A stretch of 64,000 nucleotides of DNA, from NCBI RefSeq assembly GCF_009914755.1, contig NC_060933.1. One strand, written 5' to 3'. Both the position numbers and the translations under genes were made by a program. The DNA is from the human T2T-CHM13v2.0 reference genome, Homo sapiens. Below the pieces are notes generated by a model. It was not told the origin of the DNA, made no database searches, and saw only the letters and a list, made by a program, of their open reading frames with translations. The first letter of the stretch is position 1, and each line of letters begins with the position of its first letter. Positions 14,201 through 28,098 of this stretch are shown here, piece by piece.

Positions 14201-17200
14201 ATGGAATGGAATGGAATGGAATGGAATGGAATCAACGCGAGTGCAGGGGAATGGAATGGAATGGAATGCAATGGAATGGAATCTTCCGGAATGGAATGGA
14301 ATGGAATGGAATGGCATGAAATGCAATGGATTCAACTCGATTGCAATGGAATGGAATAGAATGGAATGGAATGGAATGGAATGGAATTAACCCGAATAGA
14401 ATGGAATGGAATGGAATGGAACGGAATGGAACGGAACGGAATGGAACGGAATGGAATGGAATGGAATGGAATGGAATGGAATGGAATGGAATGGTATGGA
14501 GTGGAATGGAATGGAATCAACACGAGTGCAGTGTAATGGAATCGAATGGAATGGAATGGAATGGAATGGATTCAACACGAATGGAATGGAAAGGAATGGA
14601 ATAAACCCGCGTGGAATGGCATGGAATGGAGTGGAATGGAATGGAATGGAATGGAATGGAATCAACCCGAGTGCAATGTAATGGAATGGAATGGAATGGA
14701 ATGGAATGGAATGGATTCAACCCGAATGGAATGGAAAGGAATGGAATAATCCCGAGTGGAATGGCATGAAGTGGAGTGGAATGGAATGGAATGGAATGGA
14801 ATGGTACGGAATAGAATGGAATGGAACGAAATGGAATGGAATGGAATGGAATGGAATGAACCCGTGTGCAATGGAATGGAATCGAATGGAATGGAATGGA
14901 TTGGAATGGATTCAACTCGAATGGAATGGAAAGGAATGGAATCAACCCGAGTGGAATGGCATGGAATGGAATGGAATGGAATGGAATGGAATGGAATGGA
15001 ATGGTACGGAATAGAATGGAAAGGAACGAAATGGAATGGAATGAAATGGAATGGAATGGAATGGAATGGAATGGAATGGAATGGAATGGAATCAACCCGA
15101 GTGCAGGGGAATGGAATGGAATTGAAGGCAATGGAATGGAATCATCCGGAATTGAATGGAATGGAATGGAATCAACTCGATTGCAATGGAATGGAATGGA
15201 ATGGAATGGAATGGAATGGAATGGAATGGAATTAACCAGAATAGAATGGAATGGAATGGAATGGAAGTAAATGGAATGGAAGGTAATGAACCCGAGTGCA
15301 GGGGAATGGAATGGAATGGAATGCAATGAAATGGAGTCATCCGGAATGGAACGGAAAGGAATGGAATGGAACCAACCCGTGTGCAATGGAATTGAAAGGA
15401 ATGGAATTGAATGGAATGGAATGGAATGGAATGGAATGGAATGGAATGGAATGGAATGGATTCAACCCGAATGGAATGGAAAGGAAGGGAATCAACCCAA
15501 GTGGAATGGCATGGAATGGAATGGATTGGAATGGAATGGAATGGTACCGAATGGAATGGAATGGAATGGTACCGAATAGAATGGAATGGAACGAAATGGA
15601 ACGGAATGGAATGGAATGGAATGGAATGGAGTGAACACGTGTGCAATGGATTGGAATGGAATGGAATGGAATGGAATGGAATGGAATGGGTTCGACTCGA
15701 ATGGAACGGAATGTAATGAAATCAACCCGAGTGGAATGGCATGGAATGGAATGGAATGGAATGGAATGGAATGGAATGGAAACAACACGAGTGCAATGTA
15801 ATGGAATCGAATGGAATGGAATGCAATGGATTCAACCCGAATGGAATGGAAACGAATGGAATAAAACCGAGTGGAATGGCATGGAATGGAGTCTAATGGA
15901 ATGGAATGGAATGGAATGGTATGGAATAGAATGGAATGGAACGAAATGGAATGGAATGGAATGGAATGAAATGAACCCGTGTGCAATGGAATGGAATGGA
16001 ATGGAATGGAATGGAATGGATTCAACTCGAATGGAATGGAAAGGAATGGAATCAACCCGAGTGGAATGGCATGGAATGGAATGGAATGGAATGGAATTAA
16101 CCCTAATAGAATGGAATGGAATGGAATGGAATGGAATGGAATGGAATGGAAGGAAATGGAATGGAATGGAATGGAATGGAATGGAATGGAATGGAATGGT
16201 ACGGAATAGAATGGAATGGAACGAAATGGAATGGAATGGAATGGAATGGGATGGAATGGAATGGAATGGAATCAACCCGAGTGCAGGGGAATGGAATGGA
16301 ATGGAAGGCAATGGAATGACATCATTCGGAATTGAATGGAATGGAATGGAATGGAATGGAATCAACTCGATTGGAATGGAATGGAATGGAATGGAATGGA
16401 ATGGAATGGAATGGAATGGAAGTGAATGGAATGGAATGTAATGAAACCGAGTGCAGGGGAATGGAATGGAATGGAATGCAATGGAATGGAGTCATCCGGA
16501 ATGGAACGGAATGGAATGGAATGGAATCAACCCGAGTGCAATGGAATGGAATGGAATGGAAAGGAATGGAATGGAATGGACTCAACCCGAATGGAATGGA
16601 AAGGAATGGAATCAACCCGAGAGGAATGGCATGGAATGGAATGGAATGGAATGGAGTGGAATGGTACAGAATAGAATGTAATGGAACGAAATGGAATGGA
16701 ATGGAATGGAATGGAATGGAATCATTCCGAGTGGAATAGAAGGGAATGTTTTCGAGTGGAATGAAAAGGAATGGAATCAACCAGAGTGGAATGGAATGGA
16801 ATCGAGTGGAATGGAATGCAATCGAATGGAATGGAAAGGAATAGAATGGAATCAACCCGAGTGGAATGGAATGGAAAGGACTGGAATGGAATGGAATGGA
16901 ATGCAATGGAATCAACTCGATTGCAATGAAATGGAATGGAATGGAATGGAATGGAATGGAATTAACCGGAATAGAATGGAATTGAATGGAATGGAAAGGA
17001 ATGGAATGGAATAGAATGGAATGGAATGGATTCAACTCGAATGGAATGGAAAGGAATGGAATCAACCCGAGTGGAATGGCATGGAACGGAATGGAATGGA
17101 ATGGAATGGAATGGAATTAACCCTAATAGAATGGAATGGAATGGAATGGAATGGAATGGAATGGAATGGAATGGAATGGAAGGAAATGGAATGGAATGGA

Positions 17201-17497
17201 ATGGAATGGAATGGAATGGAATGGAATGGAATGGAAGGAAATGGAATGGAATGGAATGGAATGGAATGGAATGGAATGGAAGGAAATGGAATGGAATGGA
17301 ATGGAATGGAATGGAATGGAATGGAAAGGAATGGAATGGAATGGAATGGAAGGAAATGGAATGGAATGGAATGGAATGGAATGGAATGGAATGGAATGGT
17401 ACGGAATAGAATGGAATGGAACGAAATGGAATGGAATGGAATGGAATGGAATGGAATGGAATGGAATGGAATGGAAGTGAATGGAATGGAATGTAAT
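11270..17497 (+). repeat. Unit U3, long type L
   Basis: Near-identical to U1 at an offset of ~10.4 kb. Shares the L-specific variants GGACTGG (~12015), GGGGAATAG (~13320) and CGAAAGTA (~13835). Confidence 0.85.
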
Positions 17498-20400
17498 GAA
17501 ACCGAGTGCAGGGGAATGGAATGGAATGGAATGCAATGGAATGGAGTCATCCGGAATGGAACGGAATGGAATGGAATGGAATCAACCCGAGTGCAATGGA
17601 ATGGAATGGAATGGAAAGGAATGGAATGGAATGGATTCAACCCGAATGGAATGGAAAGGAATGGAATCAACCCGAGAGGAATGGCATGGAATGGAATGGA
17701 ATGGAATGGAGTGGAATGGTACGGAATAGAATGTAATGGAACGAAACGGAATGGAATGGAATGGAATGGAATGGAATGGAATGGAATCATTCCGAGTGGA
17801 ATAGAAGGGAATGTTTTCGAGTGGAATGAAAAGGAATGGTATCAACCAGAGTGGAATGGAATGGAATCGAATGGAATGGAAAGGAATAGAATGGAATCAA
17901 CCCGAGTGGAATGGAATGGAAAGGACTGGAATGGAATGGAATGGAATGCAATGGAATCAACACGATTGCAATGAAATGGAATGGAATGGAATGGAATGGA
18001 ATGGAATGGAATGGAATAGAATGGAAAGGAATCACTCCAAGTGCAGGGGAATTTAATGGAATGGAATGCAGTGGAATGGAATCATCCGGAATGGAATGGA
18101 ATGGAATGGAATGGAACGGAATGGAATGGAATCAACTCGAATTCAATGGAATGGAAAGGAATGGAATGGAATGGAATGCAATGGAATCGTACGGAATAGA
18201 ATGGAATGGAACGAAATGGAATGTAATGGAATGGAATGGAATGGAATGGAATGGAACGGAATGGAATGGAATGAACCCGCGTGCAATGGAATGGAACGGA
18301 ATGGAATGGAATGGAATGGAATGGAATGGAATGGAATGGGTTCAACTCGAATGGAATGGAAAGGAATGGAATCAACACGAGTGGAATGGCATGGAATGGA
18401 ATGGAATTGAATGAAATGGAATGGAATGGAATGGAATGAAATGTAATGGAATGGAAAGGAATGGAATCAACACGAGTGGAATGGCATGGAATGGAATGGA
18501 ATTGAATGAAATGGAATGGAATGGAATGGAATGAAATGTAATGGAATGGAATGGAATGGAATCAACCCGAGTGCAATGTAATGGAATCGAATGGAATGGA
18601 ATGGAATGGATTCAACCCGAATGGAATTAAAAGGAATGGAATATACCCGAGTGGAATGGCATGGAATGGAGTGGAATGGAATGGAATGGAATGGAATGGA
18701 ATGGTACGGAATAGAATGGAATGTAACGAAATGGAATGTAAGGGAATGGAATGGAATGGAATGGAATGAACCCGTGTGCAATGGAATGGAATGGAATGGA
18801 ATGGAATGGAATGGAATGGAATGGATTCAACTCTAATGGAATGGAAGGGAATGGAATCAACGCGAGTGGAATGGCATGGAATGGAATGGAATGGAATGGA
18901 ATGGAAGTAAATGGAATGGAATGGAATGAACCCGAGTGCAGGGGAATGGAATGGAATGGAATGGAATGGAATGGAATGGAATGGAATTGAATGGAATGGA
19001 ATGGAATGCAGTGGAATGGAATCAAACCTAGTGCAATTGAATGGAATGGAATGGAATGGAATGGAATGGAATGGAATGGAATGGATTCAACCCAAATGGA
19101 ATGGAAAGCAATGGAATCAACCCGAGTGGAATGGCATGGAATGGAATGGAATGGAATGTAATGGAATGGAATGGAATGGAATGGAATGGTACGGAATAAA
19201 ATGGAATGGAACGAAATGGAATGGAATGGAACGGAATAGAATGGAATGATTCCGAGTGGAATAGAAGGGAATGAATTCGAGTGGAATGGAAAGGAATGGA
19301 ATCAACCAGAGTGGAATGGAAGGGAATGGAATGGAATGGAAACTAATAAAATGGAATCAACACGAGTGGAATGGAATGGAAAGGACTTGAATGGAATGGA
19401 ATGGAATGGAATGGAATCAAGTCGATTGCAATGGAATGTAATGGAATGGAGTGGAATGGAATTAACGCGAATAGAATGGAATGGAATGGAATGGAATGGA
19501 ATGGAATGGAATGGAATGGAATGGAATCAACCTGAGTGCAGGGGAATGGAATGCAATGGAATGCAATGGAATGGAATGGAATGGAATGGAATCAACGCGA
19601 GTGCAGGGGAATGGAATGTAATGGAATGCAATGGAATGGAATCTTCCGGAATGGAATGGAATGGAATGGAATCAACCCGAGTGCAATGGAATGGAGTGGA
19701 ATGGAATGGAATGGAATTGAACAACACGAATGCAATCGAATGTAATGGAGAGTAAGGGAGTTGAATAGAATCAATCCGAATGTAATGGAATGGAATGGAA
19801 CGGAATGGAATTGAATGGTATGGAATGGAATGCAATGGAATGGAATCAACCCGAGTGCAATGGAATGGAGAGGAATGGAGTGGAAACTACCCGAATGGAA
19901 TGGAATGTAATGGAGTGTAAGGGAATTGAATAGAATCAATCCGAATGTAATGGAATGGAATGGAACGGAATGGAATGGAATGGAATGGAATGGAATGGAA
20001 TGGAATGGAATACAATGGAATGGAATCAACCCGAGTGCAATCGAATGGAATCGAATGTAATGGAATGCAATGGAATGGATTCAACTTGAATGGAATGGAA
20101 AGAATGGAATCAATACGAGTGGAATGGCATGGATTGGAATGGAATGGAATGGAATCAACCCGAGTACAGGGGAATGGAATGGAATGGAATGCAATGGAAT
20201 GGAATCATCCGTAATGTAATGGAAAGGAATGGAATGGAATGGAATGGAATGGAATGGAATGGAATGGAATGGAATCAACTCGATTGCAGTCGAATGGAAT
20301 GGAATGGAATTAACCCAAATAGAATGGAATGGAATGGAATGGAATGGAACGGAAAGGAATGGAATGGAATGGAATGGAATAGAATGGAATGGAACGGAAC

Positions 20401-23400
20401 GGAATGGAACGGAATGGAATGGAATGGAATGGAATGGAATGGAATGGAATGGAATCAACGCGAGTGCAGGGGAATGGAATGGAATGGAATGCAATGGAAT
20501 GGAATCATCCGGAATGGAATGGAATGGAATGGAATGGCATGAAATGCAATGGATTCAACTCGATTGCAATGGAATGGAATGGAATGGAATGGAATGGAAT
20601 GGAATGGAATGGAATTAACCCGAATAGAATGGAATGGAATGGAATGGAACGGAATGGAACGGAATGGAATGGAATGGAATGGAATGGAATGGTATGGAGT
20701 GGAATGGAATGGAATCAACACGAGTGCAGTGTAATGGAATCGAATGGAATGGAATGGAATGGAATGGATTCAACACGAATGGAATGGAAAGGAATGGAAT
20801 AAACCCGCGTGGAATGGCATGGAATGGAGTGGAATGGAATGGAATGGAATGGAATGGAATCAACCCGAGTGCAATGTAATGGAATCGAATGGAATGGAAT
20901 GGAATGGAATGGATTCAACCCGAATGGAATGGAAAGGAATGGAATAATCCCGAGTGGAATGGCATGAAGTGGAGTGGAATGGAATGGAATGGAATGGAAT
21001 GGAATGGTACGGAATAGAATGGAATGGAACGAAATGGAATGGAATGGAATGGAATGGAATGGAATGGAATGGAATGAACCCGTGTGCAATGGAATGGAAT
21101 CGAATGGAATGGAATGGATTGGAATGGATTCAACTCGAATGGAATGGAAAGGAATGGAATGAACACGAGTGGAATGGCATGGAATGGAATGGAATGGAAT
21201 GGAATGGAATGGAATGGTACGGAATAGAATGGAATGGAACGAAATGGAATGGAATGGAATGGAATGGAATGGAATGGAATGGAATGAACCCGTGTGCAAT
21301 GGAATGGAATCGAATGGAATGGAATGGATTGGAATGGATTCAACTCGAATGGAATGGAAAGGAATGGAATGAACACGAGTGGAATGGCATGGAATGGAAT
21401 GGAATGAAATGGAATGGAATGGAATGGAATGGAATGGAATGGAATCAACCCGAGTGCAGGGGAATGGAATGGAATTGAAGGCAATGGAATGGAATCATCC
21501 GGAATTGAATGGAATGGAATGGAATCAACTCGATTGCAATGGAATGGAATGGAATGGAATGGAATGGAATGGAATGGAATGGAATGGAATGGAATGGAAT
21601 TAACCCGAATAGAATGGAATGGAATGGAATGGAAGTAAATGGAATGGAAGGTAATGAACCCGAGTGCAGGGGAATGGAATGGAATGGAATGCAATGAAAT
21701 GGAGTCATCCGGAATGGAACGGAAAGGAATGGAATGGAACCAACCCGTGTGCAATGGAATTGAAAGGAATGGAATGGAATGGAATGGAATGGAATGGAAT
21801 GGAATGGAATGGAATGGATTCAACCCGAATGGAATGGAAAGGAAGGGAATCAACCCAAGTGGAATGGCATGGAATGGAATGGATTGGAATGGAATGGAAT
21901 GGTACCGAATGGAATGGAATGGAATGGTACCGAATAGAATGGAATGGAACGAAATGGAACGGAATGGAATGGAATGGAGTGAACACGTGTGCAATGGATT
22001 GGAATGGAATGGAATGGAATGGAATGGAATGGAATGGGTTCGACTCGAATGGAACGGAATGTAATGAAATCAACCCGAGTGGAATGGCATGGAATGGAAT
22101 GGAATGGAATGGAATGGAATGGAAACAACACGAGTGCAATGTAATGGAATCGAATGGAATGGAATGCAATGGATTCAACCCGAATGGAATGGAAACGAAT
22201 GGAATAAAACCGAGTGGAATGGCATGGAATGGAGTCTAATGGAATGGAATGGAATGGAATGGTATGGAATAGAATGGAATGGAACGAAATGGAATGGAAT
22301 GGAATGGAATGAAATGAACCCGTGTGCAATGGAATGGAATGGAATGGAATGGAATGGAATGGATTCAACTCGAATGGAATGGAAAGGAATGGAATCAACC
22401 CGAGTGGAATGGCATGGAATGGAATGGAATGGAATGGAATTAACCCTAATAGAATGGAATGGAATGGAATGGAATGGAATGGAATGGAATGGAAGGAAAT
22501 GGAATGGAATGGAATGGAATGGAATGGAATGGAATGGTACGGAATAGAATGGAATGGAACGAAATGGAATGGAATGGAATGGAATGGGATGGAATGGAAT
22601 GGAATGGAATCAACCCGAGTGCAGGGGAATGGAATGGAATGGAAGGCAATGGAATGACATCATTCGGAATTGAATGGAATGGAATGGAATGGAACGAAAT
22701 GGAATGGAATGGAATGGAATGGGATGGAATGGAATGGAATGGAATCAACCCGAGTGCAGGGGAATGGAATGGAATGGAAGGCAATGGAATGACATCATTC
22801 GGAATTGAATGGAATGGAATGGAATGGAATGGAATCAACTCGATTGGAATGGAATGGAATGGAATGGAATGGAATGGAATGGAATGGAATGGAATGGAAG
22901 TGAATGGAATGGAATGGAATGAAACCGAGTGCAGGGGAATGGAATGGAATGGAATGCAATGGAATGGAGTCATCCGGAATGGAACGGAATGGAATGGAAT
23001 GGAATCAACCCGAGTGCAATGGAATGGAATGGAATGGAAAGGAATGGAATGGAATGGACTCAACCCGAATGGAATGGAAAGGAATGGAATCAACCCGAGA
23101 GGAATGGCATGGAATGGAATGGAATGGAATGGAGTGGAATGGTACAGAATAGAATGTAATGGAACGAAATGGAATGGAATGGAATGGAATGGAATGGAAT
23201 CATTCCGAGTGGAATAGAAGGGAATGTTTTCGAGTGGAATGAAAAGGAATGGAATCAACCAGAGTGGAATGGAATGGAATCGAGTGGAATGGAATGCAAT
23301 CGAATGGAATGGAAAGGAATAGAATGGAATCAACCCGAGTGGAATGGAATGGAAAGGACTGGAATGGAATGGAATGGAATGCAATGGAATCAACTCGATT

Positions 23401-23910
23401 GCAATGAAATGGAATGGAATGGAATGGAATGGAATGGAATTAACCGGAATAGAATGGAATTGAATGGAATGGAAAGGAATGGAATGGAATAGAATGGAAT
23501 GGAATGGATTCAACTCGAATGGAATGGAAAGGAATGGAATCAACCCGAGTGGAATGGCATGGAACGGAATGGAATGGAATGGAATGGAATGGAATTAACC
23601 CTAATAGAATGGAATGGAATGGAATGGAATGGAATGGAATGGAATGGAATGGAAGGAAATGGAATGGAATGGAATGGAATGGAATGGAATGGAATGGAAT
23701 GGAAGGAAATGGAATGGAATGGAATGGAATGGAATGGAATGGAATGGAAGGAAATGGAATGGAATGGAATGGAATGGAATGGAATGGAATGGAAAGGAAT
23801 GGAATGGAATGGAATGGTACGGAATAGAATGGAATGGAACGAAATGGAATGGAATGGAATGGAATGGAATGGAATGGAATGGAATGGAATGGAATGGAAT
23901 GGAATGGAAT
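17498..23910 (+). repeat. Unit U4, long type L' (~6.41 kb, with extra 210 bp and 135 bp internal duplications)
   Basis: GAACACGAG at 21161 and 21371; GACATCATTC at 22656 and 22791; private variant ATGATTCCG at 19246. Confidence 0.85.
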
Positions 23911-26900
23911 GAAACCGAGTGCAGGGGAATGGAATGGAATGGAATGCAATGGAATGGAGTCATCCGGAATGGAACGGAATGGAATGGAATGGAATCAACC
24001 CGAGTGCAATGGAATGGAATGGAATGGAAAGGAATGGAATGGAATGGATTCAACCCGAATGGAATGGAAAGGAATGGAATCAACCCGAGAGGAATGGCAT
24101 GGAATGGAATGGAATGGAATGGAGTGGAATGGTACGGAATAGAATGTAATGGAACGAAACGGAATGGAATGGAATGGAATGGAATGGAATGGAATGGAAT
24201 CATTCCGAGTGGAATAGAAGGGAATGTTTTCGAGTGGAATGAAAAGGAATGGTATCAACCAGAGTGGAATGGAATGGAATCGAATGGAATGGAAAGGAAT
24301 AGAATGGAATCAACCCGAGTGGAATGGAATGGAAAGGACTGGAATGGAATGGAATGGAATGCAATGGAATCAACACGATTGCAATGAAATGGAATGGAAT
24401 GGAAGGGAATGGAATGGAATGGAATGGAATGGAATAGAATGGAAAGGAATCACTCCAAGTGCAGGGGAATTTAATGGAATGGAATGCAGTGGAATGGAAT
24501 CATCCGGAATGGAATGGAATGGAATGGAATGGAACGGAATGGAATGGAATCAACTCGAATTCAATGGAATGGAAAGGAATGGAATGGAATGGAATGCAAT
24601 GGAATCGTACGGAATAGAATGGAATGGAACGAAATGGAATGTAATGGAATGGAATGGAATGGAATGGAATGGAACGGAATGGAATGGAATGAACCCGCGT
24701 GCAATGGAATGGAACGGAATGGAATGGAATGGAATGGAATGGAATGGGTTCAACTCGAATGGAATGGAAAGGAATGGAATCAACACGAGTGGAATGGCAT
24801 GGAATGGAATGGAATTGAATGAAATGGAATGGAATGGAATGGAATGAAATGTAATGGAATGGAAAGGAATGGAATCAACACGAGTGGAATGGCATGGAAT
24901 GGAATGGAATTGAATGAAATGGAATGGAATGGAATGGAATGAAATGTAATGGAATGGAATGGAATGGAATCAACCCGAGTGCAATGTAATGGAATGGAAT
25001 GGAATGGAATGGAATGGATTCAACCCGAATGGAATTAAAAGGAATGGAATATACCCGAGTGGAATGGCATGGAATGGAGTGGAATGGAATGGAATGGAAT
25101 GGAATGGTACGGAATAGAATGGAATGTAACGAAATGGAATGTAAGGGAATGGAATGGAATGGAATGGAATGAACCCGTGTGCAATGGAATGGAATGGAAT
25201 GGAATGGAATGGAATGGAATGGATTCAACTCTAATGGAATGGAAGGGAATGGAATCAACGCGAGTGGAATGGCATGGAATGGAATGGAATGGAATGGAAT
25301 GGAAGTAAATGGAATGGAATGGAATGAACCCGAGTGCAGGGGAATGGAATGGAATGGAATGGAATGGAATGGAATGGAATTGAATGGAATGGAATGGAAT
25401 GCAGTGGAATGGAATCAAACCTAGTGCAATTGAATGGAATGGAATGGAATGGAATGGAATGGAATGGAATGGAATGGATTCAACCCAAATGGAATGGAAA
25501 GCAATGGAATCAACCCGAGTGGAATGGCATGGAATGGAATGGAATGGAATGTAATGGAATGGAATGGAATGGAATGGAATGGTACGGAATAAAATGGAAT
25601 GGAACGAAATGGAATGGAATGGAACGGAATAGAATGGAATCATTCCGAGTGGAATAGAAGGGAATGAATTCGAGTGGAATGGAAAGGAATGGAATCAACC
25701 AGAGTGGAATGGAAGGGAATGGAATGGAATGGAAACTAATAAAATGGAATCAACACGAGTGGAATGGAATGGAAAGGACTTGAATGGAATGGAATGGAAT
25801 GGAATGGAATCAAGTCGATTGCAATGGAATGTAATGGAATGGAGTGGAATGGAATTAACGCGAATAGAATGGAATGGAATGGAATGGAATGGAATGGAAT
25901 GGAATGGAATGGAATGGAATCAACCTGAGTGCAGGGGAATGGAATGCAATGGAATGCAATGGAATGGAATGGAATGGAATGGAATCAACGCGAGTGCAGG
26001 GGAATGGAATGTAATGGAATGCAATGGAATGGAATCTTCCGGAATGGAATGGAATGGAATGGAATCAACCCGAGTGCAATGGAATGGAGTGGAATGGAAT
26101 GGAATGGAATTGAACAACACGAATGCAATCGAATGTAATGGAGAGTAAGGGAGTTGAATAGAATCAATCCGAATGTAATGGAATGGAATGGAACGGAATG
26201 GAATTGAATGGTATGGAATGGAATGCAATGGAATGGAATCAACCCGAGTGCAATGGAATGGAGAGGAATGGAGTGGAAACTACCCGAATGGAATGGAATG
26301 TAATGGAGTGTAAGGGAATTGAATAGAATCAATCCGAATGTAATGGAATGGAATGGAACGGAATGGAATGGAATGGAATGGAATGGAATGGAATGGAATG
26401 GAATACAATGGAATGGAATCAACCCGAGTGCAATCGAATGGAATCGAATGTAATGGAATGCAATGGAATGGATTCAACTTGAATGGAATGGAAAGAATGG
26501 AATCAATACGAGTGGAATGGCATGGATTGGAATGGAATGGAATGGAATCAACCCGAGTACAGGGGAATGGAATGGAATGGAATGCAATGGAATGGAATCA
26601 TCCGTAATGTAATGGAAAGGAATGGAATGGAATGGAATGGAATGGAATGGAATGGAATGGAATCAACTCGATTGCAGTCGAATGGAATGGAATGGAATTA
26701 ACCCAAATAGAATGGAATGGAATGGAATGGAATGGAACGGAAAGGAATGGAATGGAATGGAATGGAATAGAATGGAATGGAACGGAACGGAATGGAACGG
26801 AATGGAATGGAATGGAATGGAATGGAATGGAATGGAATGGAATCAACGCGAGTGCAGGGGAATGGAATGGAATGGAATGCAATGGAATGGAATCTTCCGG

Positions 26901-28098
26901 AATGGAATGGAATGGAATGGAATGGCATGAAATGCAATGGATTCAACTCGATTGCAATGGAATGGAATGGAATGGAATGGAATGGAATGGAATGGAATGG
27001 AATGGAATGGAATCAACGCGAGTGCAGGGGAATGGAATGGAATGGAATGCAGTGGAATGGAATCTTCCGGAATGGAATGGAATGGAATGCAATGGATTCA
27101 ACTCGATTGCAATGGAATGGAATAGAATGGAATGGAATGGAATGGAATGGAATTAACCCGAATAAAATGGAATGGAATGGAATGGAACGGAACGGAACGG
27201 AACGGAACGGAATGGAATGGAATGGAATGGAATGGAATGGTATGGAATGGAATGGAATGGTACGGAATAGAATGGAATGGAAAGAATTGGAATGGAATGG
27301 AATCGAATGGAATGGAATGGAATGGAATGGAATCAACCCGAGTGCAGGGGAATGTAATGGAACGCAATGTAATGGAATGGAATCATCCGGAATGGAATGG
27401 AATGGAATGGAATGGAATGGAATGGAATGGAACCAACTCGATTGTGATGGAATGGAATGGAATGGAATGGAATGGAATGGAATGGAATTAACCCGAATAC
27501 AACGGAATGGAATGGAATGGAACGGAATGGAGTGGAATGGAATGGAATCAACCCGAGTGCAGGGGAATGGAATGGAATGGAATGCAATGGAACGGAATCA
27601 TCCGGAATGGAATGGAATGGAATGGAATGCAAAGCAATGGAATCAACTCGATTGCAATGGAATGGAATGGAATGGAAAGGAATACATTGGAATCAACCCG
27701 AGTGGAATGGAATGGAAAGGACTGGAATGGAGTGGAATGGAATGGAATGGAATGGAATGGAATCAACTCGATTGGAATGGAATGGAATGGAATGGAATGG
27801 AATGGAATGGAATGGAATTAACCCGAATAGAATGGAATGGAATGGAATGGAATGGAACGGAATGGAATGGAATGGAATGGAATGGAATGGAATGGAAACA
27901 ACCCGACTGCAGGGGAATGGATTCAACCCAAATGGAATGGAAAGCAATGGAATCAACCCGAGTGGAATGGCATGGAATGGAATGGAATGGAATGGAATGG
28001 AATGGAATGGAATGGTACGGAATAGAATGGAATGGAACGAAATGGAATGGAATGGAATGGAATGGAATGGAATGGAAGTGAATGGAATGGAATGTAAT
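23911..28098 (+). repeat. Unit U5, short type S
   Basis: Same 4188 bp length as U2. The ORF-track translation of 26777..28081 is identical to that of 9948..11252 (offset 16829). Confidence 0.85.
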
